Positions 41,268-52,478 are shown, counted from the stretch's first letter. The stretch is 64,000 nt of DNA from Macrostomum lignano (GCA_002269645.1 NIVC01003167.1:51645-115644); one strand, 5' to 3'. Translations and numbers: made by a program. The notes: a model not told the origin generated them from the letters alone.

Positions 41268-41302
<35 letters not shown>

Positions 41303-41344
41303 ACAGACAGACAGACAGACAGACAGACAGCCAGACAGACAGAA

Positions 41345-41377
<33 letters not shown>

Positions 41378-41430
41378 GGCAGACAGACAGACAGAGAGAC
41401 AGACAGAGACAGCCAGCCAGCCAGCCAGCC

Positions 41431-41461
<31 letters not shown>

Positions 41462-41463
41462 GA

Positions 41464-41494
<31 letters not shown>

Positions 41495-41516
41495 ACAGAC
41501 AGACAGACAGACAGCC

Positions 41517-41567
<51 letters not shown>

Positions 41568-41581
41568 GAAACAGACAGAGA

Positions 41582-41612
<31 letters not shown>

Positions 41613-44600
41613 ACAGACAGACAGAGAGACAGACAGAGACAGCCAGCCAGCCAGACAGACAGACAGCCAGACAGCCAGTCCTCACCTAGTCATCTCTTTC
41701 AGCTCTTTCTCCAACGCGACAGTTCGAGACTCCAACGAGCCTCGAGCCGCTTCGGCTGCCTGCAGCCTGGCGAGCAGCTGAGCCTCCCTGCGGCCCCATT
41801 CCCGCCTGGCGGCTTCTGATTGGCTGGCAGCACTGGCGGCCATCGATTCTGATTGGCCAGAGCTGCTAGCAGTTTTTAATTTCCCTTCCAATTGACGAAC
41901 TCGACGACGCAGCGCGCGATTCTCGTTTCTGAGCTGACTGGCCACCGTGTCAATGTCCGCCGCCAGCTGGTCAATGTGGCTGTCCAGCTGGGACAGCAGG
42001 CTGACACAGTCAGGCCTGTGAGCCACTTTGCCGGCCAGTTGACATGCAAGCTGGCGAATGCCGACCAGGGGGTCCGGCGACGCTGTTGGCTGCGGCTGCT
42101 GGCCGCGTTTCTGGCTGCTGATCGATGCGGATGCTGGCAAAGTTTTGTTTTGATAATTTTTTTATTTTGTGCGATGTTGCCCCATGTCTCTTATATTGAT
42201 CATTCAATGACTGCCCATGTCTCTTATATTGATCATTCAATGACTGCCCATGTCTCTTATATTGGTCATTCAATGACTGCCTATGTCTCTTATATTGGTC
42301 ATTCAATGCCTGCCCCATGTCTCTTATATTGATCATTCAATGACTGCCCATGTCTCTTATATTGATCATTCAATGGCTGCCCCCATGTCTCTTATATTGG
42401 TCATTTAATGGCTGCCCATGTCTCTTATATTGGTCATTCAATGGCTGCCCCATGTCTCTTATATTGGTCATTCAATGCCTGCCCATGACTCTTATATTGG
42501 TCATTCAATGGCTGCCCATGTCTCTTATATTGGTCATTCAATGGGTGCCCCATGTCTTTTATATTGGTCATTCAATGGCTGCCCCATGTCTCTTATATTG
42601 GTCATTCAATGGGTGCCCCATGTCTTTTATATTGGTCATTCAATGGCTGCCTATGTCTCTTATATTGGTCATTCAATGGCTGCCCCATGTCTCTTATATT
42701 GGTCATTCAATGGCTGCCCATGTCTCTTATATTGGTCATTCAATGGCTGCCCCATGTCTCTTATATTGGTCATTCAATGGCTGCCCCATGTCTCTTATAT
42801 TGGTCATTCAATGGCTGCCTATGTCTCTTATATTGGTCATTCAATGGCTGCCTATGTCTCTTATATTGGTCATACAATGGCTGCCTATGTCTCTTATATT
42901 GGTCATTCAATGGCTGCCATATGACTATTATATTGGTCATTCAATGGCTGCCCCATGTCTCTTATATTGGTCATACAATGGCTGCCTATGTCTCTTATAT
43001 TGGTCATTCAATGGCTGCCCATGTCTCTTATATTGGTCATTCAATGGCTGCCCCATGTCTCTTATATTGGTCATTCAATGGCTGCCCCATGTCTCTTATA
43101 TTGGTCATTCAATGCCTGCCCATGACTCTTATATTGGTCATTTAATGGCTGCCCATGTCTTTTATATTGGTCATTCAATGCCTACCCATGACTCTTATAT
43201 TGGTCATTTAATGGCTGCCCATGTCTCTTATATTGGTCATTCAATGACTGCCTATGTCTCTTATATTGGTCATTCAATGGCTGCCCCCTGTCTCTTATAT
43301 TGGTCATTCAATGCCTGCCCATGACTCTTATATTGGTCATTCAATGCCTGCCCATGACTCTTATATTGGTCATTTAATGGCTGCCCATGTCTCTTATATT
43401 GGTCATTCAATGACTGCCTATGTCTCTTATATTGGTCATTCAATGGCTGCCCCATGTCTCTTATATTGGTCATTTAATGGCTGCCCATGTCTCTTATATT
43501 GGTCATTTAATGGCTGCCCATGTCTCTTATATTGGTCATTCAATGGCTGCCCCCTGTCTCTTATATTGGTCATTCAATGCCTGCCCATGACTCTTATATT
43601 GGTCATTTAATGGCTGCCCATGTCTCTTATATTGGTCATTCAATGACTGCCTATGTCTCTTATATTGGTCATTCAATGGCTGCCCCATGTCTCTTATATT
43701 GGTCATTTAATGGCTGCCCATGTCTCTTATATTGGTCATTCAATGGCTGCCCATGTCTCTTATATTGGTCATTCAATGGCTGCCCATGTCTCTTATATTG
43801 GTCATTCAATGGGTGCCCCATGTCTTTTATATTGGTCATTCAATGGCTGCCCCATGTCTCTTATATTGGTCATTCAATGGGTGCCCCATGTCTTTTATAT
43901 TGGTCATTCAATGGCTGCCTATGTCTCTTATATTGGTCATTCAATGGCTGCCCCATGTCTCTTATATTGGTCATTCAATGGCTGCCTATGTCTCTTATAT
44001 TGGTCATTCAATGGCTGCCCCATGTCTCTTATATTGGTCATTCAATGGCTGCCCCATGTCTCTTATATTGGTCATTCAATGGCTGCCTATGTCTCTTATA
44101 TTGGTCATTCAATGGCTGCCTATGTCTCTTATATTGGTCATACAATGGCTGCCTATGTCTCTTATATTGGTCATTCAATGGCTGCCATATGACTATTATA
44201 TTGGTCATTCAATGGCTGCCCCATGTCTCTTATATTGGTCATACAATGGCTGCCTATGTCTCTTATATTGGTCATTCAATGGCTGCCCATGTCTCTTATA
44301 TTGGTCATTCAATGACTGCCCCATGTCTATTATATTGGTCATTCAATGGCTGCCCATGTCTCTTATATTGGTCATTCAATGACTGCCCATGCCTCTTATA
44401 TTGGTCATTCAATGGGTAACCCATTTATATAAGTATCTCGATTAATTTACAACACAGGTGCTAATTTCAAGAGTCAAGCACGCACCAGCGCTTGCCAGGA
44501 CTTCTTTTAATAGACCCGAACACGTGGTGACCTCGAACCCTTGGTTTGTCGGCGTAACAGGCTGCTGGGTCATGCCGCCACCGAGACCCGGTCCAGATCG

Positions 44601-45017
44601 TCGAGCAGCTCCAGCCTTGGCCGATAAGCAAGCACTTTTCACTGGTCCAGCAGAGGAAGGCGCAGGTTTATGATTTTGATTTGGTAGTGTGGCTGATGAT
44701 GCAGCAGTTGCTGCATTGTAGCTGCTGGAGACTGAGATTGAGGGTAGACTGTCATCCTAGAGAAACATGAAATATTGATTTTAATTCTTATGCATGCATT
44801 CTGCAAGAAATTAATTAAAATATAATATTTGTATAAATACGAATTGTTTAACACATACCAAAATATTCTCCTTGTTGGTGGCAGCTCGCGGAGTGCTAGG
44901 TGAAGATGCAATAGTCCTTCCATTGGGTGTCCTTGGTTGATGCGAATTCCAAGGGGGCTTGTTTTTAGGTGGTGTGGCTACAGAGTTGCCATTAGCACCT
45001 GCAGTGCTGCGCCTCAT
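39391..45017 (-). CDS. CCDC14-like coiled-coil protein (474 aa, 4 exons)
   Basis: Exons 45017-44859, 44756-44486, 42133-41686 and 39937-39391 with GT-AG sites and matching phases (0,1,2). The C-terminus DEAEFRRGLARIEEQIARLQSSL resembles my recollection of the CCDC14 C-terminal motif (not searched). Confidence 0.7.
40035..41678. repeat. Compound (GATA)/(GACA)/(GCCA)n microsatellite, intronic
   Basis: Direct reading. Confidence 0.96.
42180..44415. repeat. 33-34-bp minisatellite, about 65 copies, intronic
   Basis: Unit atgtctcttatattggtcattcaatggctgccc(c). Confidence 0.96.
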
Positions 45018-46894
45018 ACTTATTTGTTTTATTTATTATAATTAGCAAAAAACTGCAGCTATATAAGCTTGGAACTAGATTTGAATTAGGCTGAAAAAGA
45101 GGTAGTTTGAAGAAATCTATAATACTAAGGTTTTTAGTTAAACCTTTTAGTTAATTACTAGGATTCTTGGTGTTAAAATAAAATTAAAAGTATGCTCATA
45201 GAATAATCTGTAAAAATATGGAGTCTATAGACTAACTTCTGTAGGTCAAAAAGACTTATAAATGGCAAAAAGGTCACCTGCTTTCTAATAGAAAATTTGA
45301 TCTATAAATATATTTACGCCAGCTATGGAACTTGGTTGGCTCTAATAGTCTTATAAAAACTTGTAACATCATTTTGTACCTCAGTTGGCTTTTTGGTACC
45401 CAAATTAGAAATTAGACAAAATTAAGTATGGCTAAAGTTTAAAAGTAATCTAATGCTTGCCTATTATAGTTATGTGAATTAGGATTGATAAAACTGCTTT
45501 CTATAGGCCCCCTAGCTTTTGTATAGTAGCTAGACAGTAGACTTACTTCATTAATTAAATTAAATCAAATCAGATAAACTTCAATTATCTCATTTAATTT
45601 AAATGAGAATAGAATGATAGATACATAAAATTAGATAGATATATCAATTTAACAAAATTAATAATGCATTAATAAGACTATTTGTTAAAATAGAGAAGCC
45701 GTAAATATTTTAATATAAAATTACTTTTTAATTTATTAATTAATAACAAGTATACCAAATTGCTAAATACAAAAAATGCAGGTAATTTTTATACAGCTTC
45801 ATCCAGTGCATTGTCATCATTAATAAAAAACTAAAACTTGCCAATTTAGAAATTGCACTGCATTGGTGTTGTCTACACTATAATTTTGTATGATTCAGAT
45901 TTAAATCGCATAGCCTGTAGCCATAGACATAGTCATAGCTTGTATCATTTTACTAATAATGATGAAAAAATCCGAGACTTATATACGGAATATATATATA
46001 TATATATGGTATATATATGTTATATATATTATGGTATACGAAGTAAGATAATTTAAAATAATATTCAATTGTGATGAGGACGAAATATTGGAACTGTCAT
46101 TGTCTTTTACAAGAAAAATTTCTTAGAACCAAACTACTTATCTATGTTTTAAAGTAGTGCGAATTTTTTGTAAACCTAACAAACGTATTTTATATATGTG
46201 GCTTTTAAACAGCTTTTCTAGGACGCTTGTTGTTTTTACCTTTTCTTATAGTTTTTTAAAAGCAAAATGTTTTTTCATACAAAAAGAGCCTATAGTCCGC
46301 TTGGGTTTACAGTTTGACTTTTAAAAAGATACTAAATTACATGGTAAAATCTATCTTATCTACCTTGTTCTCGCTAACACTGAAACCAAAATTTTTTATA
46401 GTGCAGTTTGTAGCAATTTGTAGCAGTTTTTAGCAGTTTAAAACATAAAAATTGCATTTCCTCAATTGCATCAGTATTGGGAAGCTAAGTGACGCTATGT
46501 CTCAAGAGAATTGAGGGGTGTTGAAATATTCATTGAATTCTGAGGAATCTATAACTTCCAACTTACTAAATGAAGTCAAATTGTTGCGAAAATCCGAACA
46601 AGTACACATCCATGGACGTGTCAGTCAATTTATTATACTCTTTAGGCCTAATGACTATGCTTATGCTCAAATCTTATAAGTGCCTACCTATGCCTATGCC
46701 AAAATCTGCTATATATATTATAAATTTCTATTTAGAAAGGAATGCATATAATGACAGCATGAAGGAACATTAACCGATATCGCTTGAAAATAAAATATCC
46801 AATACATTATTTTTGCGTCCCGCATAAAAATCATTTTCTAAAAATGCAAGATGATTTTACTTTCAGCTCTCAAAAAAGTATAGTTGACTCATAA

Positions 46895-47063
46895 ATGGAG
46901 GCCGAATTCTCAGCCAGTGAACCCAGCCGTGGGCAGCAGCGCTATCCAGGATGGCACAGTGGACACTCGAATGCAAATGACGTGGAGTTTTTGAGAGATC
47001 AGCATGAGGAAATTTTGCTAGCTCTACGATCAGAAATTGAAAGATTACGCAGGGAAAATAATG
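46895..47063 (+). CDS. First coding exon of a CCDC74/CCDC92-like gene
   Basis: ATG at 46895; VEFLRDQHEEILLALRSEIERLRREN resembles the CCDC74/92 N-terminal coiled coil (FLQQQHxExLxxLHxEIxxLKxEN, from memory); strong G|GTAAGT donor at 47063/47064. Confidence 0.6.
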
Positions 47064-47432
47064 GTAAGTTAGTAGTTAAAGGGTTACTTTGTGTGCTAAT
47101 CCTTCATTAAAAGTAACTTTATTGTTAGTATGGATTCAAGAACTTTAGGTAAGCACTATAGCTTGTAAAACAGCTTGTTTAGATGGATTTTCTATAGCGA
47201 AAAATCTGCTAGACCAACTTTGCTGACAGGAGTTCATTTTTCTAACTAAATTTTGTGAGGCAACTCTTTTTAGAAGTCAAAGTATATCCTCCATTACCCG
47301 TAAGGTATTTTTTATAAAACCCATACCTCCTAAAAATTCTATGAAACGTAGTTTCCGTCTTTCTACTGAAGTAGTCCTTGAGTGAAACCTCGGAGTAGAA
47401 GGCATGAGGGGGCTTTTGGGACAAAATTTTTC

Positions 47433-48154
47433 ACGTCCTCCATAATCCCATTAAATCCATCTATATTATCCCTGACAGAATCAGAAAAAAAGGGGGGTCG
47501 CACTCGCTAACAAAACGTCCTCCATAATCCACCTAAATCCATCCATATTATCCCCGACAGAATCAGAAAAAAGGGGGGTCGCACTTGCTCACAAAACATC
47601 CTCCATAATCCTATTAAATCCATCCATATTATCCCTGACAGAATCAGAGCATAACAGGTGTCCTAGTTGCTCCGAAAACTTCGAACATAATCCCATTAAA
47701 TCCATCCATATTATCCCTGAATCAGAGCATAACAGGTGTCGCACTCGCTTACAAAACTTCGAACATAATCCTCCTAACCTATCCTCCTTCCTCCACGACA
47801 GAATCAGAGCATAGCAGGTGTCCTACATAATCCACTGACATCCACCCATAGCATCTTCGAAACAATCAGAAAACAATCTGTATTCTTCTCCACACATTCA
47901 ATCTGCAACGTGCTACCAGATCCCTAAGACTTTAAATCCCCTAACCCAGGGTCCTTACCCTTTGAAAAAAAATCTAAATTTTCTCTAAAAATGTTTCCAG
48001 TTGTCTCTCCAGGTTCTTATTACAAAGCGCACGAGCCTAATTACAAGAGTAAGTACCGATGCAAACTTGAATGCAGCGAGTACATGAGAAAATATTGGCC
48101 CGGCGTTGATATCAATGTCCCTAATATTAATCTAGCTCTCCAAAGACACTGGTT
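47433..48154. repeat. Left terminal inverted repeat (at least 720 bp) containing about 82-bp tandem subrepeats
   Basis: 47541-48154 is the reverse complement of 63385-64000, with a few substitutions and scattered 1-nt indels. Confidence 0.95.
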
Positions 48155-48182
48155 CAGAACACAGCTGAGAAAATTTGCTTAG
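47991..48182 (+). CDS. Left-TIR copy of the small TIR gene (63 aa; C-terminus from unique sequence)
   Basis: The first ~55 codons lie within the TIR; AAAAATG start context. Confidence 0.45.
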   Translation: MFPVVSPGSYYKAHEPNYKSKYRCKLECSEYMRKYWPGVDINVPNINLALQRHWFRTQLRKFA

Positions 48183-49022
48183 TCATGCTAGTAAGAGTTT
48201 GGCTCTGCATGAAAGGTACAATCGTTGATGGTAATTTCACTTAAAACAAAGAAAAGAAAGAAAGCAGACCTTATTTATTAATTGTTAAATAAATACCGTA
48301 CCGTAATACGGTACCGAAAATACCGTATTGTAGTTGGAGTTTATTCTATGAAGCTTTGAATTTTTATTTATCGAAATTTTGTAATAAATAGAATAACAAT
48401 GTTTTACATAAACAAAAACAAGAATGATTATTAATTGGTGGTACTTCTAAAATTGTCTACAAGTTGCTCTAAATTTATATTAGAAGGAAGGTTATCTAAC
48501 AAACCTACAGTATCCTCTCTACATATCCCACATTTTCTCGTGTTATTACTTGAAGTAAGAATTTCTAGTCATAATACTTATAAGTAGGCTCTAAACAACT
48601 TGACGCCATTCTGGACTGTCTCGGAAAAACCACACATGATTTTCTCTAACGTGTTAGAAAAAATTATGTACACACATCATTTTCTCTAACGCGTTAGAAA
48701 AAATCATGTGCGCCCAGTACGTTCAAGGCCGTCTCCCCAGCTGGCCTTGGGTACCTCGGTTTCAGAGAAATCTCTCTCCCATGCCAGTGTACGCTTTCTG
48801 TTACACTCCGCTATTCTTAACACACAACCTTGGCGACAACCTCTTCATGCCTTTCTTGCCTTGCCCCCCCCCCCCTAGTGGTATCTAGTGGTAAGTGATA
48901 TCTTACCACTTCTCTCTACACTCTATGAAAATATTAATACTTATGAAATCTTAACACAACAAACAATAACCTAAAGGACTTGTCAATAAAATGCCTGAAT
49001 AAATATTAGAGTGTTGTCACCG

Positions 49023-49884
49023 TCAGCACGTCTTCACTTTTTTGTCCTCGTCCTCATCTTTATCATCTTCCTCGTTGGCCTCTGAAAAAAAGCAACGTTT
49101 TAAGAATTATCAATTTAAATTTAATAGAATTAAAACTGTGAAGCAATTACTTACCGTCTTCGTACCAGGCTTGGATTGTCTTTTCAAATTCACCTTCCAT
49201 TGTAAGGAAGGCAACACTTTCGTGCTGCATTCTCAGCAGCTGGTCAAATCTGGTGTCGGTGGCAGCCTTCTTGTGGATTGGAGCGCTATAGTTCAACACA
49301 CGCCCCATTGAATAACCCGAGAAGATCAGCCCCGGGAACTCCAGGCACAGCCGGTAATACTTCACATAATCACTCACTTTCCGAATGGTTACGTCAAACA
49401 CACGAGCTAGCTCGCGTTCGTCCATACCAAACTTTGAGCTTAAATAGTTGACTCTTCTTCCGAACTCGAATTGTAAGATCGCCTTAAGTATTGACACATT
49501 GTCAATGCCAACTATCACTTGTTTGGTGCCCTCGATAATCGATGTTCTCGACAAATCAAACAACTTTTCTCCGACGAAATTAATCGAAGAGAATAGTGAC
49601 TGTAGACTGACTCGCACGCCGCGATCTTCGATATCCTCCAATTTTTCCTTTATTTTTTCAATTACGGTTTCCTCTTGTCTATTCTCTTCTTTCTTCTCCG
49701 ATACGCTCTTCCGTTTGTCTGGCAGACCGTTTAACTTTTGCAAGCTTGCTTGAAGCCTCATCAGCTCTTCATTGGGAAAGTCTCGGAGGCGAGCTCCCAG
49801 CAGCGATCAATCTTTTTTTAATAACGATGTGGTCATCTCCACAACGTCTGAGATGCGTCTTTGTTTCTCTTTAGACAAAGCCAT
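49023..49884 (-). CDS. Intron-containing viral orphan with a putative HTH and acidic tail
   Basis: ATG 49884 is in frame with 49761 except for one TGA. 73-nt intron 49154-49082 (G|GTAAGT...TTTTTTCAG|A) joins in frame to ANEEDDKDEDEDKKVKTC*. ERELARVFDVTIRKVSDYVKYY looks HTH-like. Confidence 0.7.
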
Positions 49885-49947
49885 GCTGGGATTTCAATAG
49901 TATATACAATCGAATGTGTGTGTAGTGTGTTTAGCGTTTTCTTTTTG

Positions 49948-50092
49948 CTTTTATACAGCCGGCTAGGGTGGAAATGAAAGTTTCCAGAACGTAGTTAGCA
50001 AACAAGAACACACGGTGTACAAGCGGAGGACCAGATCGCTAAATATGAAAACGAGCTAGCACCCAGACGTCACCCAGACGTCACCCAGACGT
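49948..50092 (-). promoter_or_regulatory. Pol II-type promoter of the HTH-like gene
   Basis: TATAAAAG at 49955-49948, 64 nt upstream of the ATG; 3 x 11-bp repeat cacccagacgt (50060-50092) creating two TGACGTCT CRE/ATF-like sites. Confidence 0.55.
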
Positions 50093-50321
50093 TAACTAGC
50101 TTCCGAGCGATCGATTCCCTCCACCCGTTTGAAGTCCCTGTACATTTCCTTGGTTGATTGGGGATGTCAAAGCGGAAAGGAAAGCACGCGTGGAACTTGT
50201 ACATTCGCAAAATCGATTAGAGGGCTGCGCTCCCTCAACAAATAGCAGTTACCCCACCCTTTTCAAAATGCACCTGTTGCGTTTGGCTAGGGCTGAGAAT
50301 AATAGTTAAGCCCTTCCCGAC

Positions 50322-50810
50322 TCAAGCGCCTCTCTCTACCCCCAGCTCTTTCAGCAGTCTTCCTAGTACCTCGTTTGGAGCGCACAAAATAAACCCAGCT
50401 CCCTCTCTCCCCGTGCAACCGCCCTCTCTCCCCAAACACCCACCCTCGCCGTCGATCCCCAACCCCAGCTTTTTCTTACCAAAAATAACCGCCTTGACTA
50501 ATTTCCGAGCGATCGACTCACGAAATCCGCTTGAAGCCCCTATATTGTCTAGTCTCTTAAGCATTTCTTTGTCCCAACGATTCTTCTCCTCAGGAAAATC
50601 TCTATATTTAACGTCATGCCACATGCAGACAGAGTCTAGCTCGTTCACAGGCTCATGCCCAGGATTTGGATTATCGTTTGTATCTAACTGTATTTCAAGT
50701 GGATTCAAAGGCCCGCAATATTTGTACCCGGGAAGTGTCCAGCCTTTGTTTGGATGAGGAAGCTTTTCTATCAGTCCATGTGAATCTAACTTACCACCAG
50801 AGCGTTGCAT
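50322..50810 (-). CDS. Parvovirus-type phospholipase A2 domain protein (adintovirus PLA2-like)
   Basis: LPGYKYCGPL calcium-loop-like motif, PVNELDSVCMWHDVKY catalytic HD..Y motif, downstream D.EM. Confidence 0.88.
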   Translation of the reverse strand: MQRSGGKLDSHGLIEKLPHPNKGWTLPGYKYCGPLNPLEIQLDTNDNPNPGHEPVNELDSVCMWHDVKYRDFPEEKNRWDKEMLKRLDNIGASSGFRESIARKLVKAVIFGKKKLGLGIDGEGGCLGREGGCTGREGAGFILCAPNEVLGRLLKELGVERGA

Positions 50811-50840
50811 TATTTTATTTTAAATTTTCTTTTTAAAAAA

Positions 50841-51878
50841 ATGACAGATCAGAAACTTAAAAAACTCTACTACAGCGACAAAGGATTCTTTGTAGGAAAA
50901 AATGCAGTCACCAAACTCGCAGAACTAAGTAAGGAACCAAAAGCTAAAGTAGAAAAGTGGCTCTCTAAGCAGGCTGTCTTTCAAGTCTATTTCCCACCTG
51001 TTATATTTACAAGACCTCACTTTAGCATCTATAAACCTAATGAGGCGCACCAAGCAGACTTATTGTTTCTCCCCAATGACTCGGGCTACAAGTATGCTCT
51101 TACAATTACAGACGTTGCTTCCAGATATAAGGAAGCTCGCCCACTCAAGACGAAGAAGTCAGAAGCAGTTGCAGCCGCCCTCCAAGATATTTATAAAAAC
51201 TCACCCCTTAGTTACCCTGAAATCTTTATGACGGACCCGGGTAAAGAATTCATGGGTGCAGTGAAATCACTTCTACATAAGCATGACACAAAAATTCGCT
51301 ATGGCAGAACAAACTTGCACAGAGACCAGGCTTTTGTGGAAAGATTCAATCTAACTCTAGCCAAGAGGCTATTCACTAAGCAGACAGCTGAGGAGCTGAA
51401 ACTAAAAAGTGGTCAGTACTATTCAAAATGGACAGAACGGCTCCCCACTGTTATAGAGCAACTGAACAATGAAGTCACACGTATGACTGGATTGAAACCA
51501 TCCCATGCAATTAAACAAGACACTGTCAAACTTAAGGCAACTCATAGAACAGACAACAACACTACAACCCCACACAACACACACAACACAAAACACACCT
51601 CGAACTACCCTAAGCTTCCAGGAGTTGAATCACCATACATACTGACAAACTCTGAGTTTCTACGCTTTTTATATCTACCTGGAGAGCTAGAGAAGGACAC
51701 CAAAAGAAGAGCTACAGATCCATACTTCAGCCTTGATGTACATAAAATAGACAGACATTTTACCTCCGACTCCGGTGACTATTACTTTTTATCTCAGGCC
51801 TTTAACCCTAAATCCCCCACGCGGTCATTCACTAGAGCTGAACTCCTAGTGATACCAGCTGACACAGAAATTAATTAA
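50841..51878 (+). CDS. int: Polinton retroviral-type (rve) integrase
   Basis: HQADLLFL...DVASRY...MTDPGKEF...AFVERFNLTL, giving a DDE triad; intact ORF. Confidence 0.95.
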   Translation: MTDQKLKKLYYSDKGFFVGKNAVTKLAELSKEPKAKVEKWLSKQAVFQVYFPPVIFTRPHFSIYKPNEAHQADLLFLPNDSGYKYALTITDVASRYKEARPLKTKKSEAVAAALQDIYKNSPLSYPEIFMTDPGKEFMGAVKSLLHKHDTKIRYGRTNLHRDQAFVERFNLTLAKRLFTKQTAEELKLKSGQYYSKWTERLPTVIEQLNNEVTRMTGLKPSHAIKQDTVKLKATHRTDNNTTTPHNTHNTKHTSNYPKLPGVESPYILTNSEFLRFLYLPGELEKDTKRRATDPYFSLDVHKIDRHFTSDSGDYYFLSQAFNPKSPTRSFTRAELLVIPADTEIN

Positions 51879-51898
51879 TTAAAATATTAAAATAAAAA

Positions 51899-52354
51899 AT
51901 GACAAAGATTGAAACCAGAACCATCAATAAACTCAATAAAATCATTGAATCAAAGAAACCAGGTCTTATATCAATTAAAGGTGCCAAAGTAAAAGTCGAT
52001 CCCGTGCAGCAAATAGTTCAGTGTAATGAGCAAAGACACAGCATCACAGATGAAAAGTCAGGAGGAATCCTACCATTAGCAGCTCTTATTCCGATCATTG
52101 CAGGCGCTGTAAGTGCCGCAGGTGGTGTAGCTGGAGGTGTAGCAACTGCTGTTAAAGCTGGGAATGATAGAGCCCACCAGCTAGAATTGCAAAAGATTGC
52201 AAGAGATAAAGGTATAACAATTAAGGCAGGAGATGGTTGCCCGGATTTTGATGATTGTGATGATTGTGAGCATGAAAATTCTGTAAGCAAGTCTGACATT
52301 GTCAAAGCCATCATGACACTGCACAATGCTGGGTTTACAATAATGCGGATGTGA
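51899..52354 (+). CDS. Adenovirus protein X (pX/mu)-like core protein
   Basis: SGG|ILPLAALIPIIAGAVSAAGG closely resembles adenovirus pX GG|ILPLLIPLIAAAIGA. Confidence 0.75.
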   Translation: MTKIETRTINKLNKIIESKKPGLISIKGAKVKVDPVQQIVQCNEQRHSITDEKSGGILPLAALIPIIAGAVSAAGGVAGGVATAVKAGNDRAHQLELQKIARDKGITIKAGDGCPDFDDCDDCEHENSVSKSDIVKAIMTLHNAGFTIMRM

Positions 52355-52478
52355 TGAGGTTTAAAACCCCACTTTATCCAGCTTCATAAACCTAGCGATA
52401 CTTATAGGATGTAGAAACAGTTCAACTTTTCTATCAGGGTGGTCACCCTCAAAAAAATTTTTTATTTTATAGAAAAAA

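Noticed and set aside
42180-44415. CRISPR-like appearance of the 33-34-bp array (also the 32-, 36- and viral 21-bp arrays)
   Set aside because: Units are contiguous with no unique spacers, no cas genes, and the context is eukaryotic.
47242-47424. 60-aa minus-strand ORF at the left edge of the provirus
   Set aside because: Non-ATG start, no recognisable motif, and it straddles the tentative element terminus.
52436-52449. AGGGTG-GT-CACCCT hairpin upstream of polB
   Set aside because: A 6-bp stem is expected by chance in 17 kb, and no second copy was found.
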